64,000 bases of DNA from NCBI GenBank assembly GCA_963784995.1, contig CAWATZ010000006.1:264853-328852 (forward strand), written 5' to 3'. The position numbers and the translations under genes are program-made. How positions within the stretch are numbered: position 1 is the first letter of the stretch; each line of letters starts with the position of its first letter. Shown one piece after another: positions 61,599 through 64,000 of this stretch. This stretch comes from an uncultured Planctomycetota bacterium (GTDB taxonomy: Bacteria; Planctomycetota; Planctomycetia; Gemmatales; Gemmataceae). The notes under the pieces were generated by a model, which had not been told where the DNA came from, did not search any database, and worked only from the letters and a program-made list of their open reading frames with translations.

Positions 61599-64000
61599 TC
61601 ACGGCAGCGGGACGTCGTGCAGCTCGAACGGCACTTCGACCCGCACGCGCTCGAACCGATAGAGGCGGAGCTGGACCGGTCCCTCCAAAGGGGTCGGGAG
61701 CGACAACGGCAAGATGCCGCGCCACTCCAATCGTTCCGAAGCGGGGCGCAGCCGGGCGAGGGCCGGCCAGGGCACCTGGAGCAGCGAGGTCGCCTGGGGA
61801 GTCGTTGCCAGCCAGGCCAGATCCTCCGGCAGTGGCTCACTCAGCAGCGATGCTACTGGGGGAGGGAGGACGTAGTACTGCGAGTGACCTCGGCTGTCAA
61901 TGACTTCCACGCCCTCCTGGTTTCCGGGACGCCAGCCCGGCGGGCCGCTCAACCGGTACTGCACCACCGGCCGCCCAGCGCGAGGCGTTGACATGGCTAC
62001 CACGGTCAGCCGATGCCCTTGCGGGCCGTGGAAGGTCTGTCCGCGGGCAGCGGTGAGGTCCGGCACCGTCACCAGGTCCTGCCGCCAGGCCATCACTTCC
62101 ACCGGCAAGACACCCTTGAGGACCTTGATCCGATCGTTACGCCGGTTGGGTCCATTTAACTGGAGATTGGTCCATCCCATCAGGGAGATCCCGCTCGTCC
62201 CGGGATAGAACACAGGAGGAACGGCACGATGGAGCGACACTCCGTCCAGGCCGCGCACGTCCAGCACCTGCCCCACGGTGGAGGTGGAAAGGATCCCCCG
62301 GTGGGGTTCCAGGAGCAAACCCAGGCCCAGTTGCAGGTTCTCGACAGTCCGCGGCGTCCGCTCGGTGAGGGTGAGGAACCGATTGAGGTTGGCCATCTCC
62401 AGGTGGACACCAAAGGGGCCCGCATAATAACGGATGCTTGCGAGGCCGGGGCCCCTGGTGGCCCACCCGCAGGAGGGGCGTCTGCCGCTCGGGGCGGGTA
62501 GCTCAGGTCGCCGGCCTCGCAGATGCGGTCCAGGGCCTCCCACACCGAGACGTCCTCCAGCTCCAGGCTGATGCGCTTCGGCACCATGCCAGCCACCGGG
62601 GGCACGTAGGTCATGGGAATCCGCGACTGCTCGGCCAGGGCCCGGATGGCGTCGGCGGGGAAAGCCTCCTTCAGTTGCAGGCGGACTCGCGTCGGGACGA
62701 GCAGCTCCTGGGCCGTGATCCGGTCCAGCACGGTTTCGGCCTGGGAGCGTCCTTTCCCCTGTGCCTCGCCACCGCCGTCCTCAGGGCCGGGACCGCCGGG
62801 GGGCCCACCGCCACCAGGGCGTCGGCGGCCGCTTTGCGCACCCTGGCGTCGGTCACGCTCAGCTGCCGGACCCAGCCGGCGATTTCCGCGGCGGTCGCGG
62901 TGCGGCGCTTCGGGGCCGGCGAGAGCTTGATGACCGGGGGAGTCGCAGGGCCCGGTCGAACCGGGGAGGGCTCGACCGGCATCGGCTTGCGCGGCGCCTG
63001 GACGATGGTCACGGGCGCGGGCGGCCGGCTATCGAGCAGCGTGCTGGCAAGGAGGTCGGCCTTCGGCAAGGTTGCGTCCCAATCCAGGCCGATCGCTGCC
63101 AGCTCGCGGTGGACCAGATCCAGGTCCCAGAGCGTGATCAGATGTTCGCTGCCGGCGATGGAAAGGTGCCGGCCGGACGGGTCGAAGGCCAGACTGTGGA
63201 CGTCGGTGTTTTGCGGCAGGGTGGCCAGCGGTTGGAGCGTGCCGCTGTCCCAGAGAACGACCCGGCGGTCCCGGCCTCCGGAAGCCAGCAGCCGGCCATC
63301 CGGACTGAACGCCACCGTCGTGACCGTATTGGTGTGGGCCTTCTCCCGCACGTGCCTGGTTTCCAGTTCCGGCAGGGTCAGGATGCTCAGCGCTCCGTTC
63401 CGCCCTCCCACCGCCAGGCTGCTCTCTCCTGGAGCGACGGCCAGGGAGCCGACGCCACCCGGGACCACGGCCTCCTGGACGGTCTGGCTAGAAGCCAGGT
63501 TGCGGAGGAGGATTCGGCCTCCCCGGCTCAAACCTAATTCGATTCCCACAAGCAGCTGCTCGCCCTCGCCCAGGAAGGCAAGGCCCTCAACCGGGGCGGG
63601 CTCCTTCCACTGCTGCACGGGTTGCCCGGTGCTGGTGTTCCACAGGAAGGTGGAACCGTTACCGGTTGCCGCGGCCAGCAGCTTGCCCTTCTTGTCAAAG
63701 GCCAGCGCGCTCACCTGGTTTTGCGGACCAACCAGCTGGCGGCTGCCGGCCAGCGTGACCGCCTGGTTGGCGGCGGTCTTCACTTCGCGCAACTCGACGG
63801 CATAATCGCGACCGGAGGAGTTCGTAAAGGAGCCCACTCCCACGGCCAGCAGATCGCCGGTCGGAGCAAACGCCACCCGGGTGATGGGATTGTTCCGCGC
63901 TCCGTCCCAGCGAAACAGGGATCGGCCGGTCTGGAGGTCCCACAGCAGGACGCTCCTGTCTGAGGACCCGGAAGCCAGCAGGGGCCGGGACGGATGGGAG
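61599..64000 (-). CDS. Large WD40 + HEAT-like multidomain protein (5' end beyond the window); two apparent frameshifts (~62440, ~62750)
   Basis: Pieces 62671..63876, 62180..62731 and 61599..62543 are collinear. WD40 repeats continue to the window edge. Confidence 0.5.

Overview
High-GC (~65-68%) window with the gene repertoire of a Planctomycetes chromosome, probably Gemmataceae: PSCyt1 and DUF1549/DUF1553 proteins, a TIGR02996-like repeat-companion + LRR protein, and many secreted WD40/HEAT proteins. Layout: (i) 1-9087, a head-to-tail array of four paralogous secreted HEAT-repeat + PQQ-like beta-propeller genes with conserved 76-77 bp spacers; (ii) 13.5-18.3 kb, a degenerate chromosomal integron. 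It comprises a truncated intI homolog (clear IntI1-like N-terminal half, tandemly duplicated N-domain, no catalytic domain), a sigma70-like promoter plus perfect palindromic operator, seven direct repeats, and a minus-strand array of small cassette-like genes (Imm1-like protein, lipoprotein, retropepsin-like protease + partner) bounded by a conserved 94-99 bp attC-like family; (iii) housekeeping and transport genes (xerD-like, recQ, thrC, ABC exporter, two MFS, TolC-like); (iv) a putative glycosylation module (two giant polytopic paralogs flanking a GT-C enzyme) and a GT4-GT2 fusion; (v) several families of long perfect palindromic repeats, one inserted in-frame in a CDS. Caveat: at least 12 genes carry single-nucleotide frameshifts when read against their paralogs or homologs. 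This is most plausibly assembly indel error, so I call them CDS rather than pseudogenes; only intI looks truly degenerate. Most long antisense ORFs in the track are GC artefacts.
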